IMG/VR virus record: IMGVR_UViG_3300048014_000353
Span: 64,001-128,000 of that record
Strand: one strand, 5' to 3'
Origin: a virus
DNA: 64,000 bases
A model generated the notes under the pieces. The model had not been told where the DNA came from. It saw only the letters and a program-made list of their open reading frames with translations, and did not search any database. How positions within the stretch are numbered: the stretch's first letter is position 1; each line of letters begins with the position of its first letter. The translations under genes and the position numbers were made by a program. This document shows positions 27,173 to 36,973 of the stretch, piece by piece.

Positions 27173-27813
27173 GCGCATTCACCAAGGTCACCGTCCGCAA
27201 GCCGGCCCGGACCCTCGTGATCCCGGTGACGATGTTCGCCGACGATTGGTACGGCAGGCCCACAGCGTCGATCGCTGTGGGCCTTCGTCTTTTGTCCGAG
27301 CACGATCTGGAGGTCGCGACCGCCTGCGCCCACCGCTTCGTCGCGGACATGCAGGATCCGGAGCGGCCGGAGAACCGGCTCTACGAGGAGGTCTTCGGTG
27401 CGCGCCTCGCCGCCGAGGCGGTCGCCCGCGCCATCTGCGACCCGAACGACGTGTCGATGAGCCACTCGGTGTTCCCCGCGAGCGAGGACACCATCCCGAC
27501 CGCGCTCACGCCGAAAGGCATCGAGCACGTGTGGGCCGCCCTCGAGCGGATGCACATCGAGCTCAACCCCGCGCTCCTGCCCATCCGGGACCCGGGCGTG
27601 CGGCTGCTGCGCGCGCACCTGCGCGCCGGCTCGCTGGATCGATTGGGAGAGGCGGGACTCGGCATCCGCAAGCTCCTCACCGTCGTGCTCGAGAAGTTCG
27701 TCGAAGCGGCCCCCACGGTCACCGCGGCGGACGTGGACGACGAGGACGCGGAAGACAGCGGAGAGCCGCTCTCGACCTACGCCGTGACGCTGCATGCAGG
27801 AGTGGCTCAGTGA
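27169..27813 (+). CDS. Second chaperone-like tail protein
   Basis: GLRLLSE.D...AEAVARAICDP; position before the tape measure. Confidence 0.55.
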   Translation: MSAFTKVTVRKPARTLVIPVTMFADDWYGRPTASIAVGLRLLSEHDLEVATACAHRFVADMQDPERPENRLYEEVFGARLAAEAVARAICDPNDVSMSHSVFPASEDTIPTALTPKGIEHVWAALERMHIELNPALLPIRDPGVRLLRAHLRAGSLDRLGEAGLGIRKLLTVVLEKFVEAAPTVTAADVDDEDAEDSGEPLSTYAVTLHAGVAQ

Positions 27814-28004
27814 GCGACGCGAACGACTACGAAGAGCGCTTCCCGTACGGCCTGTATTCGCGGCCGGCGGCGCACGTGGCGGACCGCGCGCCGTTGGATA
27901 GGGAGGCCTTCGACCTCTGGCGCCAGGTGGCCGAGAACGGAGGGCTCGTGCTCTACACGCTCGCTGACGGCGAGGTCGTCGTCTACGCGCAGGAGAGCCG
28001 ATGA
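27810..28004 (+). CDS. Small protein carrying a fragment like the baseplate spike N-terminus
   Basis: YEERFPYGLYSRP vs YENHFPYGLYAR in 33098..33946; 18 identical nt. Confidence 0.5.
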   Translation: MSDANDYEERFPYGLYSRPAAHVADRAPLDREAFDLWRQVAENGGLVLYTLADGEVVVYAQESR

Positions 28005-28129
28005 GCCGCGCACGCAAGGCGTGGCGCTGGCTGGCGCTCTGGGTGCTCGGCCCCGCGTGCCTTCGGCAGCGGGAGCGCTGGGCCCCGAGTCTGCACCGTA
28101 CGCTGTACGCGGGGCGTGACCGCGCGTGA
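28001..28129 (+). CDS. Small hypothetical peptide
   Basis: ATGA/GTGA coupling at both ends, 42 aa. Confidence 0.4.
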   Translation: MSRARKAWRWLALWVLGPACLRQRERWAPSLHRTLYAGRDRA

Positions 28130-28512
28130 GTACGACCGCTCGCATCTTGGTGGCGGGCGTCCCCTCCGGCGGCAAGACGACCTTCGCGCGGAAGCTCGCG
28201 GCGCTCTCCCACGTACCCGTGCGCGCGACCGACGACCTCATCGATCTGGGATGGTCGGAGGCCAGTGAGCGCGTCGCGCAGTGGATGACCGAGCCGGGGC
28301 CGTGGATCATCGAAGGCGTCGCCGTCGGGCGCGCGCTTCGCAAGTGGTTCAGTGCCCACCCGACCGGGCGCCCCGCCGACCGCGTGTTCTGGCTGGGGCG
28401 TCCCCACGAGAAGCTGACCGATGGCCAGTGCCGAATGGCACGCGGTTGCGAAACCGTTTTCAAGGAATGCACGCCGGAGCTCCTCGTGCGGGGGGTGCCG
28501 ATCCTCTACTAA
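28126..28512 (+). CDS. Small P-loop kinase-like protein (NMP kinase/AAA_17-like)
   Basis: ILVAGVPSGGKTTFARKLA, TDD, WIIEGV. Confidence 0.75.
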   Translation: MSTTARILVAGVPSGGKTTFARKLAALSHVPVRATDDLIDLGWSEASERVAQWMTEPGPWIIEGVAVGRALRKWFSAHPTGRPADRVFWLGRPHEKLTDGQCRMARGCETVFKECTPELLVRGVPILY

Positions 28513-30852
28513 ATGGCCGCGACCGTTAGAATTCGGATCGTCGCGAACGTGGACGCCTCCTTGGCGAACGTGTTCACGCCCCTCACCACCGCGGCGAAGC
28601 GTGCGCGCGCCGCCGTGGGCGAAGAGATGGGCGCCGCTGCGGCGGCGGTCGGTCCGTACCGCACCGCCGCCCAAGGGGCTGCCGCGGCGACGACCGCGAT
28701 CGCGACGACGGCGAAGCACACACAGACGGCGCTCGGGTCGCTCGCCGATGGCGCGGGCGAGAAGTTCGCGCATCTCGCGCGCGGCATCAAGGAGCTCCCG
28801 GCTGACCTCCGCACCGTGGCCTCGGTCGCGCAGGCGGAGCTGGCGAAGATCGAGCGCGCGCAAGCACGCGCGGCGCTCGGACTCGGGCCGCAGCCGGGTG
28901 CGGCGTTCGCGCGATCGCTCGGCGGCGGCATCGGTCGCCAGATCGGCGGTCCGATCGGCAGCGCGCTCGGGCGCGAAGCCGGTAGCGCGCTCGGCGTCGG
29001 CGGCATGATCGCGGCGTTCCCGCTCGCGCGCCTCGCCATGGGCGCGGTGTCGGGCGCGGCGCGTCTCGGCGGGGACCTCATCCAGGGGCTCGGCGTGAAC
29101 ACGGACATCTCGTCGATGTTCGCGCAGCAGAAGAGCCTCGAGAGCCTCGCGACCAACGTGAGCGCGTTCGGTTACATGCCGAACGATCCACGCAACAGTA
29201 CGCGCGTCGACTCGCAGGAGCTGGTCCACGAAGCGCGCGCGATCGGCGTCAGGACCGGCATCGATCCCACCCAGGCGCTGGAAGGCCTCGAGAAGTTCGT
29301 CGGCAAGACCGGCGACCTCAAGACCGGCCGCGATGCGCTTGAGGACCTCGCGCGCCTCTCGAAGGCATCCGGCGCAAACCTCAACCAGATGGTCAGCGCG
29401 GCGGGCGACGTCTCGAACGTTCTCGGCGACATCCCAGACAAGGGGAAGGTCATCTACGACGTGATGAAGCAGGTCGCCGGCGAAGGCAAGACCGGCGCCG
29501 TGCTCATCAAAGACCTCGCCACGCAGATGGCGAAGGTCGCGTCGGCCGCGCAGATGTTCGAGGGCGATCGCTCAAAGAACATCGGCGTCCTCGGCGCCAT
29601 CGCGCAGGAGGCACGCGGACGCGGCGGCGCGGCGAGCGCCAACCAGGCCGCGACCGCCGTGCAGGGGTTCACGAACGTCTTCGGCAAGCACGCGCGCGTC
29701 GAGGCGTTCAAGGGCTTCGGCGTCGAGCTCCGCGGCAAGACCGGCCAGCTCCGGGAAGCCGACGACATCATCGTGGACACGCTCAACGCCGCCATGCGTG
29801 GCGGAACGAAAATGAGCGGAGGGAAACACTCTCACGCGGTGAAGATCGACGGCGGCGTCAAGGAGTACGCGAACAACTGGCGCCAGATGTTCGCCGACGT
29901 GAGTTCCCAGCGGGCCGTCGCCGGCTTCAGCGCCACGTACCTCGATGCCTACAACGCGTCGAAGGCCAACACGCAACAGGGGCGGATGGAGGAGGCGACT
30001 GCCGCGGTCCGCGCGGAGTTCGAGCGCCTCACCTCGTCCGCCATGAGCGAGAAGGAGGTCCAGGACTCCTTCGCGAAAGCGATGGCCACGAGCGAGAGCC
30101 AGGTCACGGTCTTCAACAACCAGATCTCCGACACCGCCGCGAACCTCGAAAAGGCACTCCTCCCGGCGCTCCTCGAACTCGCGCCCGACCTCGTTCTTCT
30201 GGCGCAGGGGGCGGCCGGCGCCGCCGCCGCGCTTCTCGGCGTCAGCCTTCCGAAGCCGAAGAGCGCCGAAGACCGCGAGCTCGATCGGGACAAGGGCGGC
30301 GTGCGCGCGGCCCAGGAGGCACTCGACAAGGTGCAAGCCGCCGACGACGCGCGTGCGGTCCCCGGTCAGGAGTTCGAGTACGGCAAGGGGCCGATCGCCC
30401 CGAACAAGCTGCTCGACCTTCCGCTCCCGGTGAAGCCGACGCCGTTTCCCGACGAGGTCGCGCGCCAGATCAAAGAGACCGAGGCGCGCGAGTTTGGAGA
30501 GCGGACCGAGGGCGAATCGAAGATCGCGGGCGCCCGACAGAAGCTCGCGGCGCTCGGCGTCCCGGTGGACAAGATCACCGACGACGACCTCCAGAACCTC
30601 ACCAAGTACGGCTCGTCGGGAATCACCGACGGGATGCACATCGACGCGACTCAAGTGCAGGAGGCCTCCAAGCAGATGCAGGAGGGCAAGGCCGAGGTCG
30701 CCGACGCGCAGAAGAACATCGACCTCGCCAAGGCGGTCGAGAGCGGCGTCGTCGCGGCCTTCAACCGCGGCCTCTTCGTGAAGACCGACGCTCCGCCGGT
30801 GACCGCACCGGACCCGAACGCCAGCAAGCGTATGCCGGCCGACTCCCAGTGA
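28513..30852 (+). CDS. Tape measure protein
   Basis: 779 aa, Ala-rich and helical, between chaperones and the DNA-circularisation-like gene. Confidence 0.9.
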   Translation: MAATVRIRIVANVDASLANVFTPLTTAAKRARAAVGEEMGAAAAAVGPYRTAAQGAAAATTAIATTAKHTQTALGSLADGAGEKFAHLARGIKELPADLRTVASVAQAELAKIERAQARAALGLGPQPGAAFARSLGGGIGRQIGGPIGSALGREAGSALGVGGMIAAFPLARLAMGAVSGAARLGGDLIQGLGVNTDISSMFAQQKSLESLATNVSAFGYMPNDPRNSTRVDSQELVHEARAIGVRTGIDPTQALEGLEKFVGKTGDLKTGRDALEDLARLSKASGANLNQMVSAAGDVSNVLGDIPDKGKVIYDVMKQVAGEGKTGAVLIKDLATQMAKVASAAQMFEGDRSKNIGVLGAIAQEARGRGGAASANQAATAVQGFTNVFGKHARVEAFKGFGVELRGKTGQLREADDIIVDTLNAAMRGGTKMSGGKHSHAVKIDGGVKEYANNWRQMFADVSSQRAVAGFSATYLDAYNASKANTQQGRMEEATAAVRAEFERLTSSAMSEKEVQDSFAKAMATSESQVTVFNNQISDTAANLEKALLPALLELAPDLVLLAQGAAGAAAALLGVSLPKPKSAEDRELDRDKGGVRAAQEALDKVQAADDARAVPGQEFEYGKGPIAPNKLLDLPLPVKPTPFPDEVARQIKETEAREFGERTEGESKIAGARQKLAALGVPVDKITDDDLQNLTKYGSSGITDGMHIDATQVQEASKQMQEGKAEVADAQKNIDLAKAVESGVVAAFNRGLFVKTDAPPVTAPDPNASKRMPADSQ

Positions 30853-30867
30853 GGCTGACGTGATCCG

Positions 30868-31809
30868 ATGCCCGGACCTTCCCCGCAGGACAGCCTTCAG
30901 CCGTTCTCCTTCGCAGGGAGCATCTTGCCCTGCGAGGACTATGAGGTGGAGGGCGGTCTGAGGGACCACGTCCACGAATACAGCCACGTGGACGGCGGAG
31001 ACCCGGAGAAGCTCGGCCGTTCGCTCTACCAGATCACGGCGACCATCAACTTTCAGGCGAAGTTGACCCGTTATCCGGGGCTCTGGCCGAACATCCTCAA
31101 TGCGCTCACGACGATGTGGGAGCAGGGAACGACGTCCACGCTGGTCGTTCCGTCGATCGGTCCCATCCAAGCCTACGCGCTGAAGTGGAACCGGAAGTGG
31201 ACCGCGCGCGTTCGAAGCGGCGAGCGCGTCACGCTCCGCTTCCGCGAAGACGCCACCAACCTCCCGCTGCCCATCACGGTGAGCCAGCCCTCGCCGGCGT
31301 CGATCGCGACGGGCGCGAGCGCGTTGTCGGCCACGCTCGCCCAGGCGCAGGGTCTCGACACGACAGACACGAACCTGTTCGACCAGCTGCAAACGCTGGT
31401 CAACAGCCTCACCGCCGTCACCGACACCGCGTCGCTCTACGGCAACCTCGTCGCCGCGCGCGTGCAGCAGCTCATCTCGCTCTGCCAGCAGATCGACGCG
31501 CTGCCGCATATGCAGTCGCCGCTGAACTGGCCGGTGATGGAGGCTCTCCACCAGGTCTGGGGGAGCTCGGTGCAGTACTCGACCGACCTCCAGAGCCAGA
31601 ACCTCACGCTGTCCTTCTGGACCGTGCCGACCCTCATGACGATCGCCGCCATCTCCGTCCGCCTCTACGGCGACTCGAGCCAAGTGCCGAACCTCCTCGC
31701 CAACAACACCGGCGCCTTCGCGGACCCCCTGGCCATTCCGGCTGGCACCGAGATCGCGTACTACCCGTCGGTCGCGAGCCTCGCCCTCAGCAATCGGGTG
31801 AGCGGATGA
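30868..31809 (+). CDS. Mu gp43/DNA circularisation-like tail protein
   Basis: FSFAG...HVHEYSHVDGGDPEKLGR, LVVPSIGPI, TL.F.ED; C-terminal LysM-like ISVRLYGD...NL...ADPL.IPAG. Confidence 0.8.
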   Translation: MPGPSPQDSLQPFSFAGSILPCEDYEVEGGLRDHVHEYSHVDGGDPEKLGRSLYQITATINFQAKLTRYPGLWPNILNALTTMWEQGTTSTLVVPSIGPIQAYALKWNRKWTARVRSGERVTLRFREDATNLPLPITVSQPSPASIATGASALSATLAQAQGLDTTDTNLFDQLQTLVNSLTAVTDTASLYGNLVAARVQQLISLCQQIDALPHMQSPLNWPVMEALHQVWGSSVQYSTDLQSQNLTLSFWTVPTLMTIAAISVRLYGDSSQVPNLLANNTGAFADPLAIPAGTEIAYYPSVASLALSNRVSG

Positions 31810-33098
31810 CGCGCGGGCCGGATGTCGGAGGGATCAACGACCGCGTGCGCCTGATCCTGGGCGGCGATGAGGTACTCATCGCGGAAGACTGGGACGTGTA
31901 CGAGGGCGTGCTCGAGACCCCCGGCACGTTCTCCCTCACGCTCGGCGCCAACACGCCGTTCGTGGACATGTTCATCCGGCCGCAGCTTCAGAGCCCGTAC
32001 CCCTACGGCCCAAAGTACCCGCCCGGCGTCCCGTTCGTGCTGGAGGTCGATGGCCATCCGCAGATGGCGGGCAAGTACGAGGGGTGGCACTTCGCCGAGG
32101 GCGACTCCAACCGCATCACGCTGAAGGGGCGTGACCAGCTGGGGTCGCTCCTCAAGGCGCACTCCGAGTCTCAGCGGAGCTTCCTCAACGGGACCTACAG
32201 CGAGATGGTCCAGTGGGCCATCGACCAGGTCGCCAACGGTCAGCAATACACGCTCGTCCAATCGAACGCCGCCTCCCGCCAGATCAAGGCGGGCATTCCG
32301 ATCTCCGTCATCTCCGAGCCGACGCTCGTGGACGAGGTGAACTCGGGCGCGACGAGCGGAGGGGAATTCGACGGGACCGACGGCGCGACCGTCGGCGCCG
32401 TCGTCACGACCGAGAAGCAAAACCGCATCCACGAGAACCTCCTGCACTTCTGCCGCAGGCACCTGGATCGCGCGGGGCTGTTTCTTTGGTCGGGCCAGGC
32501 GCCCGGGCTCTACATCCTCTCGCAGCCCAACGGGCAGCAGAAGCCGATCTACCGCATCACACGGAAGCGCGGCCAAGTTCAGAACTCCAACGTCATCCGG
32601 GCGTCGTATTGGTACGACACCTCCGACCGGCATTCGCAGTACACGGTCTACGGGCGGGGCGGGGGAGGCGTCGCGGGTCGGAGCAAGGTCCATGAGACCT
32701 ATACCGACGACGAGATGTACAACTTCTCGCAGCTGCCGGGGAACCTCGGCTTCAACGAGGAGATCCTCTACCGCGACGTGAACGTCGAGAACCGGCAGCA
32801 AGCCGCGTTCTACGGCCTTCGCAAGGCAGCGGAGGAACGTCGGCGCGGCTGGGGCCTGGTCTACACCGTGCGCGGTCACCGCGCGCCGGGCATCAACCCG
32901 GGCGACCCGTGGCCGGTGCTCACGATCGACACGACCATCATGGTCGACGACGACGAGTTTGCACTCGGTCCGTCGGACCCGGAGGGCGGGATCTACTACG
33001 TCGAGAGCGTGCGGCGCATGCGCCGCCCCGAGACGTGCACGCAGATTCGGCTCATGCGCATCCGCGACCTCATCTTCGGAACCGGCGGGATTGCCTGA
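31806..33098 (+). CDS. Baseplate hub (Mu gp44/gpP-like)
   Basis: VRLILGG...WD.Y..VL...FSL, ITLKGRD..G.L, YSQYTV.G; ATG overlaps the upstream stop. Confidence 0.8.
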   Translation: MTRGPDVGGINDRVRLILGGDEVLIAEDWDVYEGVLETPGTFSLTLGANTPFVDMFIRPQLQSPYPYGPKYPPGVPFVLEVDGHPQMAGKYEGWHFAEGDSNRITLKGRDQLGSLLKAHSESQRSFLNGTYSEMVQWAIDQVANGQQYTLVQSNAASRQIKAGIPISVISEPTLVDEVNSGATSGGEFDGTDGATVGAVVTTEKQNRIHENLLHFCRRHLDRAGLFLWSGQAPGLYILSQPNGQQKPIYRITRKRGQVQNSNVIRASYWYDTSDRHSQYTVYGRGGGGVAGRSKVHETYTDDEMYNFSQLPGNLGFNEEILYRDVNVENRQQAAFYGLRKAAEERRRGWGLVYTVRGHRAPGINPGDPWPVLTIDTTIMVDDDEFALGPSDPEGGIYYVESVRRMRRPETCTQIRLMRIRDLIFGTGGIA

Positions 33099-33946
33099 TG
33101 GCGAACGCATTCGAGTGGGATATCGGCGTCGCGATGCTGACGACGTACGACCCCGACGGGTTCGTATCGACGCAGGTGGACGCGCCGGGCGAGAACAACG
33201 CGCAGGTTCACTCCTACGAGAACCACTTCCCGTACGGCCTGTACGCGCGCGCGAGCGACGCGCCGCTCGACGGCAACTCCGCCCCCGACCCGACCAAGAG
33301 CCATCAGGTGCTCTACGCGCTCGAAGGGGGGCAAGGCCACTCCTGGCCGATGGAGAACCCGAGCATCATCTCGCTGCTGCCGACGCTCCAGCCGGGCGAG
33401 TCGCTTTTCTACGGCCCGATGGGCCAGTTCGTTCGCACGACCATCGACGGCCACATTCTCATGTGGACGCCCGGGACCGGCGGCGGCCCCGACCAAAGCC
33501 TGATGTTCGGGCCCGACGGATTCTCGGTGAGCGGCAGCTGGGGGAAGATCCAGCTCGACGAGAACGGCATCACGCTCCAGACGGCCGCGGGCGCGCGCAT
33601 CGACCTCGGCGCGGCCGGCGGCATCCCCGCGCCCACGTCGGCCATCGGCACGCACATCACGATGCAGGCCGGCGCGATCGACGCGCAATGCACGGGCTTC
33701 TCCGCCGGGCCCGACACCTCCGCCGGTGGCATTGCGGCGCCCCTGCCCAACGGGATCTTCCTGATGGCGTGGATGCTGTCGGTGAACGCGGCGCTCACGG
33801 CCATCGCGAGCACGATTCAGGCGGGGGGCGTCACGTCGATGGGCCCGGCTCAGTTCCCGACCGCCGCTGCGGTCGTGGCCGCGGTCGCGTCGGTCATCCC
33901 CCCGACGCCCGTCACGCTCTACACCAACGCCAACGGGATGTTCTGA
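33098..33946 (+). CDS. Baseplate central spike (Mu gp45-like)
   Basis: FPYGLYAR, LQPGESLFYG..GQ, followed by beta-helix-like strands. Confidence 0.7.
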   Translation: MANAFEWDIGVAMLTTYDPDGFVSTQVDAPGENNAQVHSYENHFPYGLYARASDAPLDGNSAPDPTKSHQVLYALEGGQGHSWPMENPSIISLLPTLQPGESLFYGPMGQFVRTTIDGHILMWTPGTGGGPDQSLMFGPDGFSVSGSWGKIQLDENGITLQTAAGARIDLGAAGGIPAPTSAIGTHITMQAGAIDAQCTGFSAGPDTSAGGIAAPLPNGIFLMAWMLSVNAALTAIASTIQAGGVTSMGPAQFPTAAAVVAAVASVIPPTPVTLYTNANGMF

Positions 33947-33949
33947 CCG

Positions 33950-34213
33950 ATGCCGGATCCGCAGCGCTGCATCTCGCCGCCGAGCGTCTCGGTGCCCAGC
34001 CTGCCCGGGCCGTTCTCGGCCAAGGCCTCCTTCTCGCTGAGCATCTCCTACAACCCAAAGTTCTGCTGCAAGCTCCCGCCGCTGCCCAGCCCCCACATTC
34101 CCGTGAACCTGCCGGCGATTCTCATCAATCCGGCCATCACGGTGATCAAGCAGGTCACGGCCATCATCCAGGCGTTTCTGAACCAGTTGCAGGTTCGTTG
34201 CCCGAGGCTCTAA
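33950..34213 (+). CDS. Small Pro/Cys-rich baseplate-region protein
   Basis: In-operon; RC.SPP...FCCKLPPLP...RCP. Confidence 0.55.
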   Translation: MPDPQRCISPPSVSVPSLPGPFSAKASFSLSISYNPKFCCKLPPLPSPHIPVNLPAILINPAITVIKQVTAIIQAFLNQLQVRCPRL

Positions 34214-34217
34214 CCCC

Positions 34218-34769
34218 ATGGGTGCAGGTATCTTCCCGGCCGGCGTCGGCCGCGCGGGGTCCAATCCCGTGCAGGCGCCATCGCCGCAGTACACCGCGCC
34301 CTTCTACGGCGGCCTCGTCGCCGCGGTCCCGGGAACGTACCCGCTCGTGCTCGAGTACGTGCCCAGCCCCCAAGGGGGACCCGGCTTCGTGCAGAACACC
34401 AACGGCACGCTGAGTGGTGTCCATCCCGTCGACCAGCAGGTCGCGCTCGCGCTCTTCATCGAGCTCGGCAGCATCCCGAGCGCGCCGGAGATCGGCTCGA
34501 AGCTGCGCACGGTCTTGTCGCGCACCGATCCGCAGCAGGCCTACCAGACCGCGCTCGATGAAGTGAACCGGGCGCTCGCGCTTCTCTACGCCCAGAAGGC
34601 CATCACGCTCCTGTCCTTCGCGCTCGACCAGAGCACGCCGGGACGCTCCATCCTCGCCATCGGGTACACCAACTTGCTCGACCCTCGCTACAACCCCAAC
34701 AACCCGGCGCTGAGCAACACGGGAAGCGTGGGCGTGGCGGGGAACCGTACGCTGACGGGGAGCGCCTAA
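34218..34769 (+). CDS. Baseplate wedge (gp46/W-like)
   Basis: QQVALAL...GSI...IGS.L; directly before baseplate J. Confidence 0.7.
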   Translation: MGAGIFPAGVGRAGSNPVQAPSPQYTAPFYGGLVAAVPGTYPLVLEYVPSPQGGPGFVQNTNGTLSGVHPVDQQVALALFIELGSIPSAPEIGSKLRTVLSRTDPQQAYQTALDEVNRALALLYAQKAITLLSFALDQSTPGRSILAIGYTNLLDPRYNPNNPALSNTGSVGVAGNRTLTGSA

Positions 34770-36268
34770 TGCCGCTCGACACCCTTCCCGGATCGCTCAC
34801 CGTCCCCGGCCGAAACCAAGAGCGCGATCGCTACCGCTCCAACTACCTGCTCCGGAACCCGGGCGTCCCGACCGGGGAGGGGACCCAGGTGTGGATCGAC
34901 GCGAGCGTGACGGCCGACCAGACGGCGGTCATCTACGCGAACGCGGTCCTCATCGCCAACAGCGTCACGCGCGCGACCTCCATTGGGCCGCAGCTCGACG
35001 CGTGGGCGGCCGCCGCCGGCACGATTCGCCAGCCCGCGGTCGGCGCGAGCGGCTCGGTCATCATCACGGCGGGGGCGACCGGCACGCAGATCCTGGCCGG
35101 CGACGAGCTCACGGTCAACGGCACCCGCTACGAGTGCGCCGCCACGGGCACGTACCTCGACGGCGCGAACGTTCCGGTCACCGGAATCGACACAGGCTAC
35201 GGGACCAACCAGCCCCCGGGCACGGTCCTCACGTGGACCGCGCCCCGACCGGGGTGCGCCACGACCGCGACTGTCTACGAGCAGGAGGACGGCGACGGGC
35301 TCACGGGCGGCGCGCCCGCCGAGACCGACTTCCAGCTCCGGACGCGGCTCGACAACCTCGCGGCCAACCCGCCGGCGAGCGGCAACGACGCGCAGTACCA
35401 GCTCCTCATCGGCACGACGCCGAACGTGGCTGTGCAGCAGCCGTTCACCTACCCGTGCATCAAGGGAGCGGGGAGCAAGGGGATCACGGCCACCCTGCGC
35501 CCGGCGCAGAGCGGCGCATCGCGCATCCCGAACAGCACGCAGCTGAACGCCATCGCGTCGTGGTGCAAGGGGCAGATGCCCGCCGACGACGGGATCTTTC
35601 TCATCACGCTGGTCGCCAACCCGGTCAACGTGAACATGGAGCTCGCCTGGACACCGGGCGCCGGCTCGTGGGCGGACGCCGCGCCCTGGCCTCCGTACGT
35701 GTCGGGCGCGCAGATCGCGGTCGATGCCTCGCAGCCCGCGACCGCGACCAGCTTCTCGCTCACGGGGAACAACGGTACGAACGTCGCCCCCGTCGTCGGG
35801 CAGTCCATCGCCATGCTCGACCTGCCAAACCTCGTATTTAGGCAGAAGAAGATCCTGACGGTGACGGCGTCCGGCACCGACTGGGTCATCACGGTCGATA
35901 CGACCAACGGGGTCTCCGACACGAGCTACACCCCGTTCGGTGGCCAGATCGTAGGCCCGTGGAGCACGGCGCTCAACAGCGTCGTGCAGACCGCCGTGGG
36001 CTACTTCGACGGCCTCGGACCCGGCGAGATGGTCAACTCCTTCGTCGACCCGGGCCTGCGCCAGCGCCGCAGCCCGTCGTCCCCCGGCACCTGGCCGAAT
36101 CAGATCACCAACCGCGTGCTGTCGGCGCTCTTTGACCTCGACGCGATCGAGGACGTCGCGCTCCTCGACCCCGCGATTCCGTTCGTGGCGCCGTCGGGTA
36201 ACCCGGGCGTGAGCGCCTATATGAACACGCTCAACAACCTCGCGTTCTTCGCCGAGGCGCTCACGTGA
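34769..36268 (+). CDS. Baseplate J protein (Mu gp47-like)
   Basis: GPQLDAWA...RQPAVGASG, GIDTG..TN, GGAPAETD..LR.RL, PASGN..QY. Confidence 0.9.
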   Translation: MPLDTLPGSLTVPGRNQERDRYRSNYLLRNPGVPTGEGTQVWIDASVTADQTAVIYANAVLIANSVTRATSIGPQLDAWAAAAGTIRQPAVGASGSVIITAGATGTQILAGDELTVNGTRYECAATGTYLDGANVPVTGIDTGYGTNQPPGTVLTWTAPRPGCATTATVYEQEDGDGLTGGAPAETDFQLRTRLDNLAANPPASGNDAQYQLLIGTTPNVAVQQPFTYPCIKGAGSKGITATLRPAQSGASRIPNSTQLNAIASWCKGQMPADDGIFLITLVANPVNVNMELAWTPGAGSWADAAPWPPYVSGAQIAVDASQPATATSFSLTGNNGTNVAPVVGQSIAMLDLPNLVFRQKKILTVTASGTDWVITVDTTNGVSDTSYTPFGGQIVGPWSTALNSVVQTAVGYFDGLGPGEMVNSFVDPGLRQRRSPSSPGTWPNQITNRVLSALFDLDAIEDVALLDPAIPFVAPSGNPGVSAYMNTLNNLAFFAEALT

Positions 36269-36966
36269 GCTTCGCGCAGCTGAGTCCCGGCCTGTCCCCT
36301 TGGGACTTGCCGACGGCGCGCCGCCCGATCCTCGCCGACTTCAACAACTGCCCCGTCCAGAACGACGCGCTCAACCCGCCCATCCCGGGCGCGATGATGA
36401 CCGCACCGCAGTGGCAGATGACCGACGCCCTGATGGTGGCGCTGGCGCGCGTCACCCCCAGCGCACGCATCAGCGTGGCCGCAGGCACGACTCCGAAGAT
36501 CGTTGGGTGCCAGACGGCCGGCAACACCCTGTCGTCGGCCAACTTCGTCGTCACGCGGAACGCGGCGGGCGACTACTCGATCACCTGGGCCCAGCCCTCG
36601 AGCGCGACCACCTGGTCGCCCGCGTCGACGTACGCGACCGGCGCGTTCGTGCTGCCCCCCCAAGCGACGGGATTTTACTACAAGGCGACGACCGGCGGCA
36701 CAAGCGCGATCACGCAACCCATCTGGCCGATGGCCGTGGGCGCAACGGTCACCGACGGCACCACCACCTGGACGTGCTGGGGCATCGTGAGCTCGCTCCC
36801 CACACCGGCGTCCCAGCCGAGCGCGCGGCTCAACGCGCCCGCCGGGCTCACGAACCTGAACACGGCCGCGTCGGTGAGCGCCATCAACATCCCAAACGGC
36901 GTGCGCGTGACGACCGCGCTGCAGACGCTGCTCGCGGACGTCAACTTCACCGTCGATCTCTGGTGA
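36265..36966 (+). CDS. Baseplate/fibre-associated protein A with CBM-like module
   Basis: Paralogue of 36974..37708 with near-identical DNA blocks. Confidence 0.75.
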   Translation: MSFAQLSPGLSPWDLPTARRPILADFNNCPVQNDALNPPIPGAMMTAPQWQMTDALMVALARVTPSARISVAAGTTPKIVGCQTAGNTLSSANFVVTRNAAGDYSITWAQPSSATTWSPASTYATGAFVLPPQATGFYYKATTGGTSAITQPIWPMAVGATVTDGTTTWTCWGIVSSLPTPASQPSARLNAPAGLTNLNTAASVSAINIPNGVRVTTALQTLLADVNFTVDLW

Positions 36967-36973
36967 CCCACCC

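Noticed and set aside
31116-33098. 660-aa start for the baseplate hub, and other over-extended ORF-track starts (54722, 59261, 57879, 48337, 51930)
   Set aside because: Upstream parts overlap real genes in another frame; the true starts are the stop-coupled or RBS-supported codons at 31806, 54938, 59522, 58632, 48484 and 52152
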